Shown here: positions 1 through 14,139 of the stretch, piece by piece
Layout of the letters: each line of letters opens with the position of its first letter
How positions within the stretch are numbered: the stretch's first letter is position 1
Source of the DNA: Eledone cirrhosa
Lineage: Eukaryota
DNA length: 64,000 bases
Direction of reading: 5' to 3'
Assembly (NCBI GenBank): GCA_964016885.1
Contig: OZ024740.1
Location: 268,832,001 to 268,896,000 of the forward strand
The notes under the pieces: generated by a model
Databases searched by the model: none
Told to the model about the DNA's origin: nothing
The model's input: the letters and a program-made list of their open reading frames with translations, nothing else
Translations under genes and position numbers: made by a program

Positions 1-930
1 AATAAATTCCGGCTATGGAAACAGCAGTTGGAAGCAAGAGGACTGAGAGTAAATCTAGCTAAGACAAAAGTGTTGATGAGTAGAAAAGAGGACAAAACCC
101 TGATTCCGTCAGGGAAATGGCCATGTTCGATATGCAGAAAAGGAACTGGCATAAATTCTATAAAATGCACACAATGTAGGTCCTGGGTACACAAGAGATG
201 TAGCGGGATAGCAGGCAAACTAACAGGTAGGGAGAAATATGTATGCAGTAGATGTACAGGGAAATTAGACAGTAGAAGTCGCACTGATAGACACATTTTT
301 CAAATGCGAGAGGGCGCTATAGAAGTGGTGGATAGCTTCCGGTACCTAGGAGATCAGATTAGCATGGGAGGAGGGTGTTCCGAGGCCATAGTATCTAGAA
401 TAAGGACGGGTTGGAAGAAGTTTAGGGAGCTGCTTCCTCTGTTGACGAAGAAGGGTTTCTCCCTGCGTACGAAAGGCCGGTTGTATGATGCCTGTGTGAG
501 GAGCGCGATGCTGCATGGTAGTGAGACATGGGCAGCTACCGCAGAAGATATGCGACGGCTGGAGAGAAATGAGGCAAGCATGCTCCGTTGGATGTGCAGT
601 GTAAATGTGCGTGAACGACCCAGCATAAATGTGTTGAGAGAGAAACTGTGTCTGAGAGGGATAGAATGTAGTGTACGGGAGAGGAGACTGAGGTGGTATG
701 GACATGTGATGCGCATGGAGGATGACCGATGGGTGAAGAAGTGCCAGGAAATGCCAGTTGAAGGAAGACGTAGTAGAGGTAGACCACGAAAAACATGGGC
801 GGAGGTGGTGAGAACAGACCTCAGATCATTGAAGCTCACGGTGGAGATGACAAGGGACCGTGACGAGTGGAGAGATGCTGTGCTGAATAAGACCCGTCCC
901 ACCCTTGCAAGCAGGGAAAAGCGGACGTAA
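1..930 (+). CDS. RTE LINE ORF2 C-terminal part (RT thumb region with Cys-rich PHD-like insert); 5' end outside window
   Basis: Uninterrupted frame 1 reading [25 protein letters not shown]...CSIC...[12 protein letters not shown]...CSRC...FRYLGD. Confidence 0.88.
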   Translation, partial: NKFRLWKQQLEARGLRVNLAKTKVLMSRKEDKTLIPSGKWPCSICRKGTGINSIKCTQCRSWVHKRCSGIAGKLTGREKYVCSRCTGKLDSRSRTDRHIFQMREGAIEVVDSFRYLGDQISMGGGCSEAIVSRIRTGWKKFRELLPLLTKKGFSLRTKGRLYDACVRSAMLHGSETWAATAEDMRRLERNEASMLRWMCSVNVRERPSINVLREKLCLRGIECSVRERRLRWYGHVMRMEDDRWVKKCQEMPVEGRRSRGRPRKTWAEVVRTDLRSLKLTVEMTRDRDEWRDAVLNKTRPTLASREKRT

Positions 931-961
931 AATGATGATGATGATGATGATGATGATGATG
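1..961 (+). mobile_element. RTE-clade LINE, 3' end, with (ATG)n tail
   Basis: Open frame 1-930 with RT C-terminal motifs [29 protein letters not shown] and RGRPRKTW. The stop is followed at once by a (GAT)n tandem tail, typical of RTE elements. Confidence 0.93.
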
Positions 962-1021
962 TATGTGTGTATGTGTGTATATGTGTGTATATGTACATGT
1001 ATGTATGTGTATGTGTGTATA

Positions 1022-1088
<67 letters not shown>

Positions 1089-1401
1089 ATAGATATGTAT
1101 GTTTATGTGTGTGTGTATGTATGTGTATGTACCTATATGTATGTGTGTGTGTGTGTATGTATGTGCATATATGTATATATGTGTGTACATATGTGTATGT
1201 TTCTGTTTGTGTATATGTATGTATGTATGTAGATGTATGTGTATATATATGTGTGTATATATATGTATATATATGTATATATATGTGTATGTGTTTATGC
1301 GTCTTTATGTGCTCGTGTGGACGCACATATATATATGTATATATGTATGCGTGTATGTATGTGTATGTATGTGTATATATATGTACATATATATGTATGT
1401 A

Positions 1402-1487
<86 letters not shown>

Positions 1488-1549
1488 CATGTATGTGTAT
1501 GTATGTATGTGTGTATGTATGTACTTGTATGTGTATGTGTATGTGTATG

Positions 1550-1655
<106 letters not shown>

Positions 1656-1656
1656 C

Positions 1657-1792
1657 GTTATTCCGGGTTGAATCGGAGGTAACCACAGTAAGTAAGGTAC
1701 TCAATACATAGCAGAGTATAACAGTTTTAATATAGATGAGATTCTACAGGACTAGAACTGTTTCATTCATTAGAAATCATCAGGAATCTCAT
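1657..1792 (-). mobile_element. PLE pLTR fragment in (TA)n (family D), ribozyme plus tail
   Basis: TA-flanked module containing an HHR. A related copy lies at 57786-57928. Confidence 0.75.
1736..1792 (-). ncRNA. Type I hammerhead ribozyme, canonical core
   Basis: Minus strand reads atgagattc-CTGATGA-tttctaatgaat-GAAA-cag ttctagtc ctg-TA-gaatctcat: 9-bp stem I, GUA cleavage triplet. Confidence 0.9.
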
Positions 1793-1913
1793 ATATATAT
1801 ATATGTGTGTGTATATGTATGTGTGTATATGTATGTATATGGATATATATGTATGTGTATGTGTATGTGTATATGTGTGTATGTGTCTGTGTGTGTTTAT
1901 GTGTGCATATATG

Positions 1914-1964
<51 letters not shown>

Positions 1965-2400
1965 AAGAATTCATATCTAGTAACATATATATACATGCAG
2001 ATGCATATCAATGCTAGCAAATATATAGGTTTTGTCTTAACAGTGTGGTTCAATGCATGGGGTTGCAGAACAATAATATAAGAGGCGTAAAATATATATA
2101 TATGTGTACATATGTATATATATGTATATATATATATATACATATATATATATGTATGTGTGTGTGTGTATGCCTCTCTCTTTATATGTGTATATATATA
2201 TAGATGTATGTGTGTATATGTGTGTGTGTGTATGCATGTATGTGTGAACGGAGGGGTATATATACGGACATATGTATATGTGTGTGTGTGCGTGTGTATA
2301 CACGTGCGTGTGTGTGTGTGTGCATATATGTCTATTTAGTTATGTATCTTTATGTGTGTATATGTATGTATATGCATGTATGTATATGTATGTATATATG

Positions 2401-2433
<33 letters not shown>

Positions 2434-2552
2434 ATATATATTTATATGTGTGTGTGTATATATGTGTGTGTATGTGTATATATGTGTGTGTATGTGTATG
2501 TACATATACACATACACACATTATGTACATTATACATATATATATATATTTT

Positions 2553-2685
2553 AATAATAATAAATTTGAAGACTAAAATCCAAAGAGGGCTTGATAAGGA
2601 TAAATATATATCAAGTTTCAGAAGATTCCGTTAAGGGTGAAAGCAGCGATTCTTTGCTTAAACTTTAATCTGTTATTTTAATAAA

Positions 2686-2750
<65 letters not shown>

Positions 2751-2938
2751 ATAAGAATAAAATTGAAGACTAAAATCCAAAGAGGGCTCGATAAGGAAAA
2801 TATATATCAAATATTTATTAAAATAACAGATTAAAGTTTAAGCAAAGAATCGCTGCTTTCACCCTTAACAGAAGATCCCGTTAAGGGTGAAAGCAGCGAT
2901 TCTTTGCTTAAACTTTAATCTGTTATTTTAATAAATAT
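2553..2938. mobile_element. Two fold-back pLTR fragments of PLE family A separated by (TA)n
   Basis: Each is an inverted 3' piece plus a direct piece of the unit seen intact at 17106-17288. HHR-like CAGAAGA...GAAA cores at 2619 and 2869. Confidence 0.75.
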
Positions 2939-3107
2939 ATATATATATATATATATATTTGATTTAAAAATTTACTGGTAAATATCAAAATCACTAACGG
3001 AGCCAGGTTATGAATTCAAAAATTTGTAATGCCATTTACATTAACTGTTCAAAAGAAATATGATAATTATAATGAAAATAATTTGCATAATTTAGTCAGT
3101 ATGAGGT

Positions 3108-3300
3108 TGGGGTATTGGCAGTATCGATAGAGCGGCGGATCAATTGTTTTACAGTATTTAGTTACGACGTTCTACGTTCTGAGATCAATTTTGCCTTTCA
3201 TCCATTCACGAGATCGTACCAGTTAAATACTGGTACCGATATAATCTATTTTTCCCTTCCTCGAAATTTCTGACCACGTCCCAATGCTAGAATGAATCAT
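3108..3300 (+). mobile_element. tRNA-derived SINE with Meta-like central domain, degenerate
   Basis: A-box-like tggcagtatcgataga, then ttttgcctttcatcc and gtaccagt shared with the other copies. Confidence 0.7.
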
Positions 3301-3399
3301 TTAGTCAGTATTACATACACTCTGTTAAGTTAGATTAAATTAACCAGCTTTCTTTTGTATCTCCCTAATCTTCTCTTCCTTGCGTATGAGATAGCTGCA

Positions 3400-4670
3400 A
3401 TTATGTGATATCCCCAATGCGATGTAACCAACTCACGGCAGTGGCATTAGGGTGTGTGGGGCCCTTATTCCCAGGTGGACGAAGATATAGGTATTCATTT
3501 AGCATATGTTTAGCGGCCTGCTCTTGCTAGCCTCACTGGCAAGCAGCTGAAAGACGTATTTCCAAGTGAATCGGCTAATACCTGGGCGAAGCAGATTCAG
3601 AGACACCTACTCTCTCCGAGAGAATTTAGCGCCTGGGTGGACTGCCATATTGGAGGTGACATTCAGTTAGACGTATCGAGATGCCTGCTGCTAATTAGCT
3701 GTCGAGGTTTAAAGCATATTGAAAACTGAGTTCAGCAGCCCTGCTGCCTGATGAGAGAAAAAGCAGCGTGTCATCGGGCGATGTATGTCCAGTAGCTGCA
3801 TATTCTTATCTATGACATGACATCAAATAGACGAATTAGGTCTATTGAGGTCGGGGGTTCCAACCTATATATAAGATGCACTCTATGAAGAGGTACAGCA
3901 GCAATGGCTGAGAACACATATAGATACTCAGTAGGTGTAGGACAGAAATATCTGATGATGAGTTATAAGTTGTTCAGGTGAATATCTAATATCTTAGTGC
4001 AGGAGAAGCATACTTCACCGCACTGTAAACCAAGGTTAGGGCACTGGTACGTATGGTGGATGTATTAGTACCGCATGACGAGCCTGCTAAGAAGTGTAGA
4101 AGGTTGTTCCGCGTGGATACCTTAACACGTACCGACTCGAGAGGTTGACTGTATGTTAGCTGCTGGTCCAATTGCACTCCGGCTGGTGCGGCGTTATATG
4201 TGAAGAGTGTGTCATCAAGATTAATGGTGAGCTGGCGATTGGCATCCTTGGTATTTAAGTGCAATGCCGATGCAGTCGTAATTGCCATGTTCACCTTCAT
4301 TCCCACGGTCTTGAAATATGTTGCCGGTTAGGTCATATCTGCTCTTAGTACGTTCTTTACGTTAGTCCAGACTCTATCGGAGTGGAGAAGACAGAGGTCG
4401 TTTGCAGAGCCATACTATCGTGGTGTTATCTGGGATATATCACTAATGTACAGGCTGAAGAACATGGTGGTAGTACCCAGCCTTTAGGGACTTCATTACG
4501 AAGGCGGTGCAGTCTGCTGGTCTGTCAGTTGCTGGTGTTCTAGACAAACCTTTGGTTGGCTAGGATGTTGCAGATAAACCGCACCTCGTGATGGTCAGGA
4601 ATTGTTCTTAGTAACTTCAGGATCATATCATGGTGCTACACAGTGACATGGGCTGTTGTAAGGTTGACCA
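3400..4670 (-). mobile_element. Degenerate Vingi/Ingi-like LINE (RT C-terminus)
   Basis: KVSTRNNLLHFLAGSSCGTNTSTIRTSALTLVYSAVKYASP resembles the LAGxxWGAxxxTLRTAALALVYSxAEYxAP motif. Downstream VSLNLLRPGISRF resembles LNRLRTGxGR. Confidence 0.75.
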
Positions 4671-4672
4671 GC

Positions 4673-4770
4673 ATAATTCTTTCTACTTTTGGCACAAGGC
4701 CAGCAATCACCCAGTACATTACAGGTACTTTATTTTATCGACCCCGTAAGGATGAATGGCAATGTTAACA
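4673..4770 (-). mobile_element. SINE 3' half
   Basis: Reverse complement of catccttacggggtcgataaaataaagtacc...gctggccttgtgcc. Confidence 0.85.
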
Positions 4771-5130
4771 AGGTTAACTAGCAAAATGCCAGCCGGTACT
4801 TCTCTAATAAAAACAAATGACAACCATATTAATATATCAAGTTTGTATGCCTTTTTTAAATCACAGCAATTTACCGCTTTTTTCAGATCATATAATGAGA
4901 GAGAACCTCCAATTTATACAAATCTGGTGAAAGCAAATAAAATGTTCCAAATTATTAGGATCAACTCATGCAAAAGTGATCCTGTCTGTATTTGAAATTG
5001 CAAAGCTAGTCTTAATTGATTAAAATTAGAATAAATTAAAATAAGAGACTACTTGTATATATACATTTCATGCAGAATGGTTTCGTCAGGCACTTTAGCC
5101 TCTACCTTGTACACAGATGCATACGAATAT

Positions 5131-5292
<162 letters not shown>

Positions 5293-5352
5293 CTCTCTCC
5301 CTCTGTTTCTTTCTCTCTCTCCATACATATGTATATATATAAAGAAACACAC

Positions 5353-5383
<31 letters not shown>

Positions 5384-5830
5384 CATGTGCGTGCGTGTAC
5401 GCATGTGCGTGCGTAAACACACTTACACACAGTCACAGAGATAGGTGCTCTTTCATGCTTTCCATTGTGGTCCTGATGGGGAACTGCCATCATTGATCTT
5501 AACGAATGAGAACAATAATCCAGACAACTGTAAGTATCTTCTATATTACTAACATTAATTCTTGGTGATTGCTCTGCATTTTGTCAAGATCAATTCTGCC
5601 AATTTTCTATCTGTTCTTGTCAGTTATATGCACACGAAAAAGTGAATAATTCCTATATCCTGGCTGTGAGGTTGCAATCAATTCTGCTCTTGAATTTCCA
5701 GATTGCAATATGCTAAGACGGATAGAAAAGGACTTGGAACCTATTTTTACACACGTACAAACACACATGCAGACACACATGCATGCACACACGCACACAC
5801 ACACACACGCACGCACAAACACACACACAC

Positions 5831-5884
<54 letters not shown>

Positions 5885-6000
5885 TTCCATCTATTTTCTC
5901 TCCTTCACACACTCCCTTTCTCCCTCTCTATCTTTTCCTCTCTGGAACAGGTAAAAGAGTAAAAGAGTATATATATAGATGTGTGTATATATATATATAT

Positions 6001-6915
6001 GAGGAAGTTATTGTTCACTTGAAGCATTGTGTAATGAGGTATAAACGTTTGTATATGTATAATAAAGCCAAAACAATGCAGGTATGGACATAGAATAAAG
6101 AATGCAAATGCAAAAGATATTGTTGACAATTAGTCTTTTACCTTAGATTTATTTAAATGTCCTTAATTTTTGAGATAATATCTCTTCTCCGGGGGGAAGT
6201 AAAGCGGTTAAACCAGTGTTCCAAATAGCTTGCCAAGTCATGCTGACAGGAAATGGTATAGAGTATCTGTTCTATCTCTAATGTCAATCTTAGAATTAAG
6301 GAAGCACTAATTATAGACAAAACATAACCACCAATCAATAATAGACTAGAACTCAAAACCCAATGTATAACTTGATAGAGCATCTAGCCCCATATTTACA
6401 CCCCCCCCACACCCACACACCCACACACACACGCACGCACATACACATACACACCCGCTTACACCTCCACTTATTCTCTCACACACACACACATACACAC
6501 ACAAAGACCAGTTCTAACACGAGATAATATCTATCCCCCACATTTACGTAGAGACATATCTTCTCACACTCCCACACACACACCTTCATGCATTCTCCCA
6601 CACACTTAAACAGGCATGTACAAAAAAAAAACATTTTAAAGGGAGACTACTCTTTATCCACCTAACCTAACTCTTTGACATTAGAGATAGAACATATACT
6701 CTATACCATTTCCTGTCAGCATGACTTGGCAAGCTATTTAGAACGCTGGTTTAACCGCTTTACTTCCCTCCGAAGAAGAGATATTATCTCGAAAATTAAG
6801 GACATTTAAATAAATCTAAGGTAAAAGACTAATTGTCAACAATATCTTTTGCATTTGCATTCTTTATTCTATGTCCATACCTGCATTGTTTTGGCTTTAT
6901 TATACATATACAAAC

Positions 6916-6922
<7 letters not shown>
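6001..6922. mobile_element. Fold-back element (arms 6040-6287 / 6675-6922), probable PLE 3' end
   Basis: ~247-bp inverted arms with one-sided tail and TA flanks. Degenerate minimal HHR cct-CCGAAGA-agagat att atctc-GAAAATTA-agg at 6767-6801. Confidence 0.6.
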
Positions 6923-6981
<59 letters not shown>

Positions 6982-7031
6982 GTCTCTCAGACATGACAAC
7001 CCTTAATTTAATTTTGGATATATATATATAT

Positions 7032-7078
<47 letters not shown>

Positions 7079-7079
7079 C

Positions 7080-7168
<89 letters not shown>

Positions 7169-7183
7169 AAAGAATAGAGGTGT

Positions 7184-7756
7184 AACACACAAGTTATTAT
7201 ATATTGGTAAACGGAATAGAAAATGCTGACAAATTGTTCACAGTTGAAAAATGGTTTAATAAAAGAGTATTAGTGATTGTATGGGTTAGTATTCAGTTGT
7301 GGTTTTAAGTTTTTAAGTTTTTACCGGTTGCGCATTTCTAAATGCTTTTCAAAAATAATTTTGAGATAGAGTGTCCGTGCTGTTTGCTCTGATCTGATTA
7401 GTTTTGGGAATTCTACCTGTTTTTATGTTAAAAAAGTGGCTCCAATTTGCAAAAATTCTTGTGGTCAAAACAATTTTGATTGGTCGGTCGAGGTCATGTG
7501 AATGTAAAAAATTGATTTTGCGCCAAGACTGTTTTTATGTTAAAAAAGTGGCTCCAGCAAAAATTCTTGTGGTCAAAACAATTTTGATTGGTCGGTAGAG
7601 GTCATGTGAATAAAAAATTGGTTTTGCGCCAAGATTGAGAAATGACTCTTTCACAACAAATATGTGTGTGTGTGTGTGTGTGTGTAGTAGTAGTAGTAAG
7701 GTATTCGATGTTGTGATAATGGTTAGCAGCGATGTGTATCCAATGGCTATTAAGAT

Positions 7757-7793
<37 letters not shown>

Positions 7794-8157
7794 GCAGAGT
7801 AATTCGTGGTGGCAGGGATGGTCAGTAAGAATGTGTCTGAAAGCAATGGGGGTATTTTAGCATGTCAAAAGATATTTTTCAGCTTTTGTCTTATACGGAG
7901 AAGTGCGTGTGTGTGTGTGTGTATATATATAAGTCTCTTTGTATGTTGATGTACGCGCGTGTATGTGTGTGTGTATATATGTGTGTGTGTGTGTGTGTGT
8001 GGGTGGACCAGTATTTTTTTCTTTTTTTTTCCCTGGTAAAATGGTGTACATTATTCGATTTTTTCAGTAAAATCGGTTCTCTTAATAGAACATCAAAAAT
8101 CTTAACAATAAAAGGTGTGAAATGATATTCACTATATATATATACACATACATACAT

Positions 8158-8209
<52 letters not shown>

Positions 8210-8430
8210 CATATATATACATATATATATGTGCACATATATTTTCTTGTGTTGCACCATAGAGCATGTGTGTTTACGTATGTCATTGTGTTTATATGTG
8301 GGTAGAGATGTGTGCTGATGTAGGTATATATGTTGACGTGTGTATGTTGTGGGTTCGTCTTAGGGAGAAGTGTTTAGACGGGGTCCGTATTTGTTAATGA
8401 AGTAAGATTCCTGATATTTGTTTTGGGGTT
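7184..8430 (-). mobile_element. PLE 3' remnant (GIY-YIG C-terminus plus 3' UTR)
   Basis: Minus strand 8430-8361 encodes QESYFINKYGPRLNTSP*, matching the ExxxIxxxxPxLN end of PLE endonucleases. Internal ~110-bp tandem duplication at 7418-7634. Left boundary uncertain. Confidence 0.5.
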
Positions 8431-9380
8431 TTTTATATTAAAAATACCTGCGTTTATTTATTTCTTGGTCGTCTATCTCAAGCTATCTTACTTAAGATGT
8501 TTACATTATCATAATCAAAGAACTTTAGTGCAACTGTGTTCTATTTCTCTGTGATATATCAAGTGAGCACTTCTTTCCTTTGTTCATGCCTGCTCAATAT
8601 ATATACTAACCATTTGGGTTCAACACTTGATATATATATATATGGCTCGAGTAAATTGTTTTAGGCTCCAATATGACTTATAAGGTGAATTTTCACCACA
8701 TCAAGATGTTGCATAATATTACTTATGATCATCTTATATTTTTTGTGATATATTTGATTCCGTTCTCCCTGCTTGTTTCATTCAAATAGAAATAAAGCGT
8801 AGTACCAAGTACATAGTGATTAGTTGTACACATTCAATGATTACATTCCGGGCTTAGTTGAACTACACATTTACTGCTTTACTTCATGTATGTTCATCCG
8901 TTATTATATAGAAAACTAATCACGTTATTACAGAAATTCAAGAGGTTAAATGAAAACATTTGTTACCGAAAATCTTGCTTCAATGAGTCGATGTTATAAT
9001 TATCTGCAAATTTGCTTGTGACCCACTAGTTGCATATCGGTCAATAGAAGAAAACGGCATATTAACAAAATGAAAAAAATAAAACTATTGTTTGTGATAG
9101 ACATAAACAATACATTTTTAAACACGCAAAATGTCAGAAAAATATGTGACGGAATCCTCTCCGGGAATCAATCTTTACAACTGTTGTAGACATATAAGAA
9201 AAGTACGAGCTAAATATAGAATTCAAGAACACGATATGATGAAGATGGATATAATCCATGAATTCCAAACAATAGAAAAATATCCATATAAACCAACGAA
9301 TAAAATCCTCAAAAATAAAGATCCACAATAAGATAGCCACAACGATGAAAAATGCCACCTGACCTTCATATATATAATTA

Positions 9381-9598
9381 ATGGTTTCTGATTTAGGCAC
9401 AAAGCCAACACTTTGGGGAAGGTGAAAAACGATTAAATCGAACCCAGTGCATTACTGGTGATTTATTTCATCGACCCACGTAATGATGAAATGCAAAGCT
9501 AACATCGGCGGGATTTGAAATCAGAACGTAAACGGCTGTAACTCTATGCTGCGAAACATGGTGTCAGACGCTCTACCGATGCTTCCAATCCACCACGC
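9381..9598 (-). mobile_element. tRNA-derived SINE, full length
   Basis: Reverse complement of the SINE at 10620 and 11244 (A box, B box, central domain, tail). Confidence 0.85.
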
Positions 9599-10619
9599 TC
9601 ATCATATATATCATCAGTAGAAACAGAAACAATAGTTTCACAAGAATGAATAACATAATGTAGATTACAGTCATTATAATTATTTAAAGATGAGTACTTC
9701 CTTAGATCTACACAAACAAAAATAGCAAATCTCACAAAAGCATGGAAAACAAACTTAAAAGAAAGATCACAAATAACAGAAAAACACCTGTCAATATCTT
9801 AAATGAAATAGGACAGAAGAAAATACAACATAGGAATCGGAAGAAAATAATTAAAATAAACCAAACATGAAATAAAATAAAAAGGAAGCCACCATTTTAA
9901 AAAATAATGTGTATGGACACTTTTGTGCGTCGGCTCGAATGGTCTTTATCATAGAATAGTTGCTATCAACCTGGAAGTGTTGCCTTCCCAATCAGCCTCT
10001 TGTTGTGTATCTGCCAACCTTCTTTCCTACTATTTTCTGTCTCTATTTCCTTTATAAGCAGCATTTATTGAAATCTAATTTCTGTTCTTCATTGATTATT
10101 TATAAAATAGTAGACCTTGTCACTCGACATGCTCGCTAATCCGTCAGTATGTTGTCATCATGTAGGGCTTACATGAATGCATTGCTTACATTGTAAGTAA
10201 TACAATCAGCTTCTCGTATCTACGTTACTGCGTAAAGTTTCTATTCTAATCTAATCTACACATTACAAATTTATGGAATGTATATCCAACAACCTTGAAG
10301 TTTGGACAAACTAAATTTTTCCTCTCGGTTAACAAATATCCTATCTCGCTACTAACTACAATTTGTTTAATCCTGCAGTCTGCTAGTGTACAAATAGTTG
10401 AATACATTTTACAGGCATTAATGTTAAATCCCAACAACCTCGCATCCCAGTATCGAATAATCCTCTTTAACCTGGAACAACAATAACGTTCTTGGTAAAT
10501 CTCTGGACCTTGAAGACGATTAACTAAACAGCTTATTTCTGAGGAATTTTAGCCCTGGAACTATGGATATCTTTGTAAATAGTAAACAATAAAATTATTT
10601 CATTATATTTATACATCTT

Positions 10620-10841
10620 AGGGCGGTGGATTGGCAGAATTGGTAGAATGTCAGACATCATGCTTTGTAGCCTAGAGCTATGGTCCTTTATGTTCTGAGT
10701 TCAAATCTCGCCGTGGTTAGCTTTGCCGTTTATCCTTACGAGGTCGATAACATAAAGTACCAGTAATACACTGGAGTCGATTTAATCGACTTTCCCCTCC
10801 CGCAAAATTGCTGGCCTTGTACCTATAGTAGTAATCATAAT
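10620..10841 (+). mobile_element. tRNA-derived SINE (Meta-like domain), full length
   Basis: tggcagaattggtaga (A box), gagttcaaatc (B box), ctttgccgtttatccttacgaggtcgataacataaagtaccagt. Confidence 0.9.
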
Positions 10842-10844
10842 TTT

Positions 10845-11052
10845 AGGGCGTTGGATTTGCGTCGGACACCAAGCTTTGCAGTATAGAGTTATGGCACTTT
10901 AAGGTCAGAGTTCAAATCCCGCCGAGGTTAACTTTGCCTCACATCCTTACAGGATCGATAAAAATAAAGCACGAGTAATACAATGGGGTTGATTTAATCA
11001 AATTTTCCCTCCCCAAAAATGTCTGGCTTTGTGCCTATAGTAGAATTCATTA
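10845..11052 (+). mobile_element. tRNA-derived SINE, tandem neighbour
   Basis: gagttcaaatcccgccgaggttaactttgcc...gatcgataaaaataaagcacgagt. Confidence 0.87.
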
Positions 11053-11243
11053 TATATATACTGCTTGCTTCTACTTCTCTGTTCTATTGTTAGACTTTTG
11101 ATATACAAATACCACTATAAAACTTGGTGAAGGTGACGGGGTGGAGAGAGCCACGAGAAATATATTTAACATGGTTGGTGGTAGCAACGGCCTCTACAAT
11201 AACAGCAACAGCAAAAAAGACCATGAAGCACTCGAAGCAAGAG

Positions 11244-11434
11244 TGCCGGTGGATTGGCAGTATCAGTAGAGGGTCGGACGCCATGCTTTCCAGCATAGTT
11301 ACGTCCCTTTACGATCTGAGTTCAAATCCCGCCGCGGTTGACTTTGCCTTTCATCCTTACGGGGTCGATAAAATAAAGTACCAGTAATGCACTGGATAAT
11401 TGCTGGCCTTGTGCCTAAAGTAGAGACAATTATT
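11244..11434 (+). mobile_element. tRNA-derived SINE, short-tail subfamily
   Basis: A and B boxes plus gactttgcctttcatccttacggggtcgataaaataaagtaccagt. Confidence 0.9.
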
Positions 11435-11647
11435 TAATAAATGAAGAAACATATCACTGCTTTGTTCAAATCACGTGGTTATAGTTTTCAAATCTGTTCA
11501 ATTTCATTGATGCAGATAACTTCAAACGTCATTTCAATTCCCAATACACACACGCACAAATACAATTCCCCATATATATGTTGCCGACTGAATACACACG
11601 TGTGTTTTTCCTTCGCAATTTTTTTTTCTCACATATATATATATATA

Positions 11648-12290
11648 TATAACAACTAGAAATTGATTAACTTATAAATAAACATGAATAATCACAGGAG
11701 ATAATTTTTACAAGTGTGTTGGATATAGATATATAAATACGGCTCCTTAATTGTAAAGCTAACTCTGATGAAAGGACTTGACTGCTGTTTCTAGTTGTCG
11801 ATAACCTTATTCACGCCACTGGGACGAAGCTGGTATGATGTGTGTATTTCTAGTAGATACAGCACGTGTTACTGGCCGGTCGCTGATTTGAACTTGATAC
11901 GTAAACACACATGGCTAGACTTCTTCCTTGTTGAAAATCCAAGTATCGGCATTCATGGTTTACCATTCGATTAATTGGTGAAATATATTTCTTTAATGGA
12001 ATATATACAGGGAAGATTAATCATATTATAAGGTATCTATTTTTGAAGTCCTGGTTAACTTTATTTAGTTACCTACCTAGCTATGTGTGCTTACACACTT
12101 GTAAAAATTATCTCCTGTGATTATTCATGTTTATTTATATGTTAATCAATTTCTAGTTGTTATAAAATGCTCGAACCTATTCGTTAGAATCTTAGAGCTT
12201 ATTTTGCGGGTGATATGGCGCATGACTTTCTGGCATGACACCCATAATTTTGATTTAGACTAAATTCATTTTGATTTATCCTAATTTTGG
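11648..12290. mobile_element. Fold-back element (arms 11648-11720 / 12094-12164) with tail, probable PLE fragment
   Basis: ~70-bp inverted arms, TA flanks, one-sided tail. Confidence 0.5.
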
Positions 12291-12313
12291 ATATATATAT
12301 ATATATATATATA

Positions 12314-13105
12314 TACGATATTAAACAAATGGAAACTATATTTATAAAACCATATTTATTTCGTTATATATATTTCTGGGATATCATATTAAGAATATGG
12401 TATGCCTTCCTCAGACAAAATACAATATATAAGCTGTTTTATAAATAATTTTGACATACCTTAGAATAATGCAACTTCCATTTAAAAAGTTGATTTGGTA
12501 GTGAAACTGTTGAGGACAGTTATAGAGAAAGAAAGACGAAGAAAAACGAAGATAAAAGAAGAAGATGAAGAGATGCATGCAAAGAAAAACAACAGAGCGA
12601 GACAGAGAGAGAAGGAGATATGGGAGAGAGAAATGTATTGAGGAAGTGAAAAAATAGTAGGCAGCTCGGGGACAGATGATCATCGTATAAGTGGGAGGTT
12701 AAGGAGGGAATGGATACAGTTAAAATAGCCGACAGATAAATCACGTCCAGTGTAGAGGAGAAAAAAAAGAAAGAAAGATGATATATTTAAAATATATTAT
12801 GTCTCATCCATTTGAATTATCAATCTTTACGAATTAGGTATCACAATGTAAACATCAACATTCATGAATGAGACACATATCCATAATGTGTGAAAAAAAG
12901 CTTATATATTGTATTTTGTTTGAGGAAGGCATACCATATTCTTAATATGATATCCCAGAAATATATATAACGAAATAAATATGGTTTTATAAATATAGTT
13001 TCCATTTGTTTAATATCGTAAACCTACTCCAAAAACTGTTGAGTGCTTTTATATCAGTTATAAAATATTTACTCGTTGTAACCCAACAATTTTAAATAAA
13101 ACTTT
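12314..13105. mobile_element. Fold-back PLE 3' fragment (arms 12314-12434 / 12899-13020)
   Basis: Inverted arms each carry an HHR motif. The tail is similar to 57400-57440. Confidence 0.72.
12358..12421 (-). ncRNA. Type I hammerhead ribozyme (minimal palindromic stem III)
   Basis: attttgt-CTGAGGA-(31 nt)-GAAATATATATA-acgaaat with 7-bp stem I. The mirror copy at 12913-12976 has C3U. Confidence 0.75.
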
Positions 13106-13159
13106 TGCATATATATATATATATATATATATTTTTTTTCTTTCTAAATTTGTTTAGCA

Positions 13160-13625
13160 AGATTCTTTATATGAAAACGTGTGTTGAAACCAATATTGTT
13201 ATACTTTGGGAGGGTCATGTTGCCAATAATAAATCTACACACAGAAAAGACGCAATGTTTAGACAAATCACAGAGGCAATAAACATAAATGAACTCCAAA
13301 CAAAATTAAATAGAAAACATGAATGGAATAGCAACATCACAACTTACAAGTAAGGACAAAATGAAACACACACACATAGAACAAACAACCAACCAGTAAC
13401 ATATAAATAAACAAATAAACAAATAAAAACACACACAGACACCCGGATGTAACATGCGCAAACTAAGCGCACAACACACACAAAAATAAGATGGCGTAGG
13501 ACAGAACAAAGGAGAGGCACAAAACAAAGAAAAGGATCCCCAGTGACTGAAGAGGTCACAGAATGTGTGACGAAAGAACTTTGATATATGAACAAACGTC
13601 TGGTTGTGGAACCAACCAACCGGAA
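13160..13625 (+). mobile_element. PLE family B-like 3' remnant
   Basis: DAMFRQITEAININELQTKLNRKHEWN is homologous to the end of the 30860 element. HHR core CTGAAGA-ggtcaca...tgtgac-GAAAGAACTT at 13547-13581. Confidence 0.75.
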
Positions 13626-14023
13626 ATTTATAAATAAAAAAAAAAATTTTAATTTATAATAAGTGAAATTGCTACACTTATAGATGAAGGTCCGCCGGAG
13701 TCATCGGTCGAAACATTTTTCAAATCGACCCACGCCAAGTGTAAAAATCGAATTTGTAATGTATTGATTTTTCAGTTCAAATGTATAAAGAGATGAGAGA
13801 CAAGTTATTTCCCTTTTATGGCGTCATTTGCTTATCTATTTATGTTACGTATAAACGACGCGGTGGATCGAGAAGAACATTTTCATGCAAAGACAAGACC
13901 AAGTTTATGGTGTAAATGGAGTCGTTAGCCTAATATTCTATTTAAAATAACCGAATGATTTCCAGCTCCGGAGTTTAAGAATGATGTAAATAAAATTGTA
14001 AACGAAAATGACAGGTTATTAAA

Positions 14024-14138
14024 ATAGTTGTTTCTACTTTTGGTACAAGGCCAGCAATCACCCAGTACATTACTGGTACTTTATTTTATCGACCCCGTAA
14101 GGATGAAAGGCAAAGTTAACCTCGACGGGATTTTAACT
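14024..14138 (-). mobile_element. SINE 3' part
   Basis: Reverse complement of the B box, central domain and tail. Confidence 0.88.
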
Positions 14139-14139
14139 T

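Noticed and set aside
10620-11434. A and B boxes as tRNA genes
   Set aside because: No cloverleaf, and the boxes are followed by the SINE central domain and tail in many copies.
11765-12105. CTGATGA at 11765 as a hammerhead core
   Set aside because: No matching stem I or intact GAAA partner was found.
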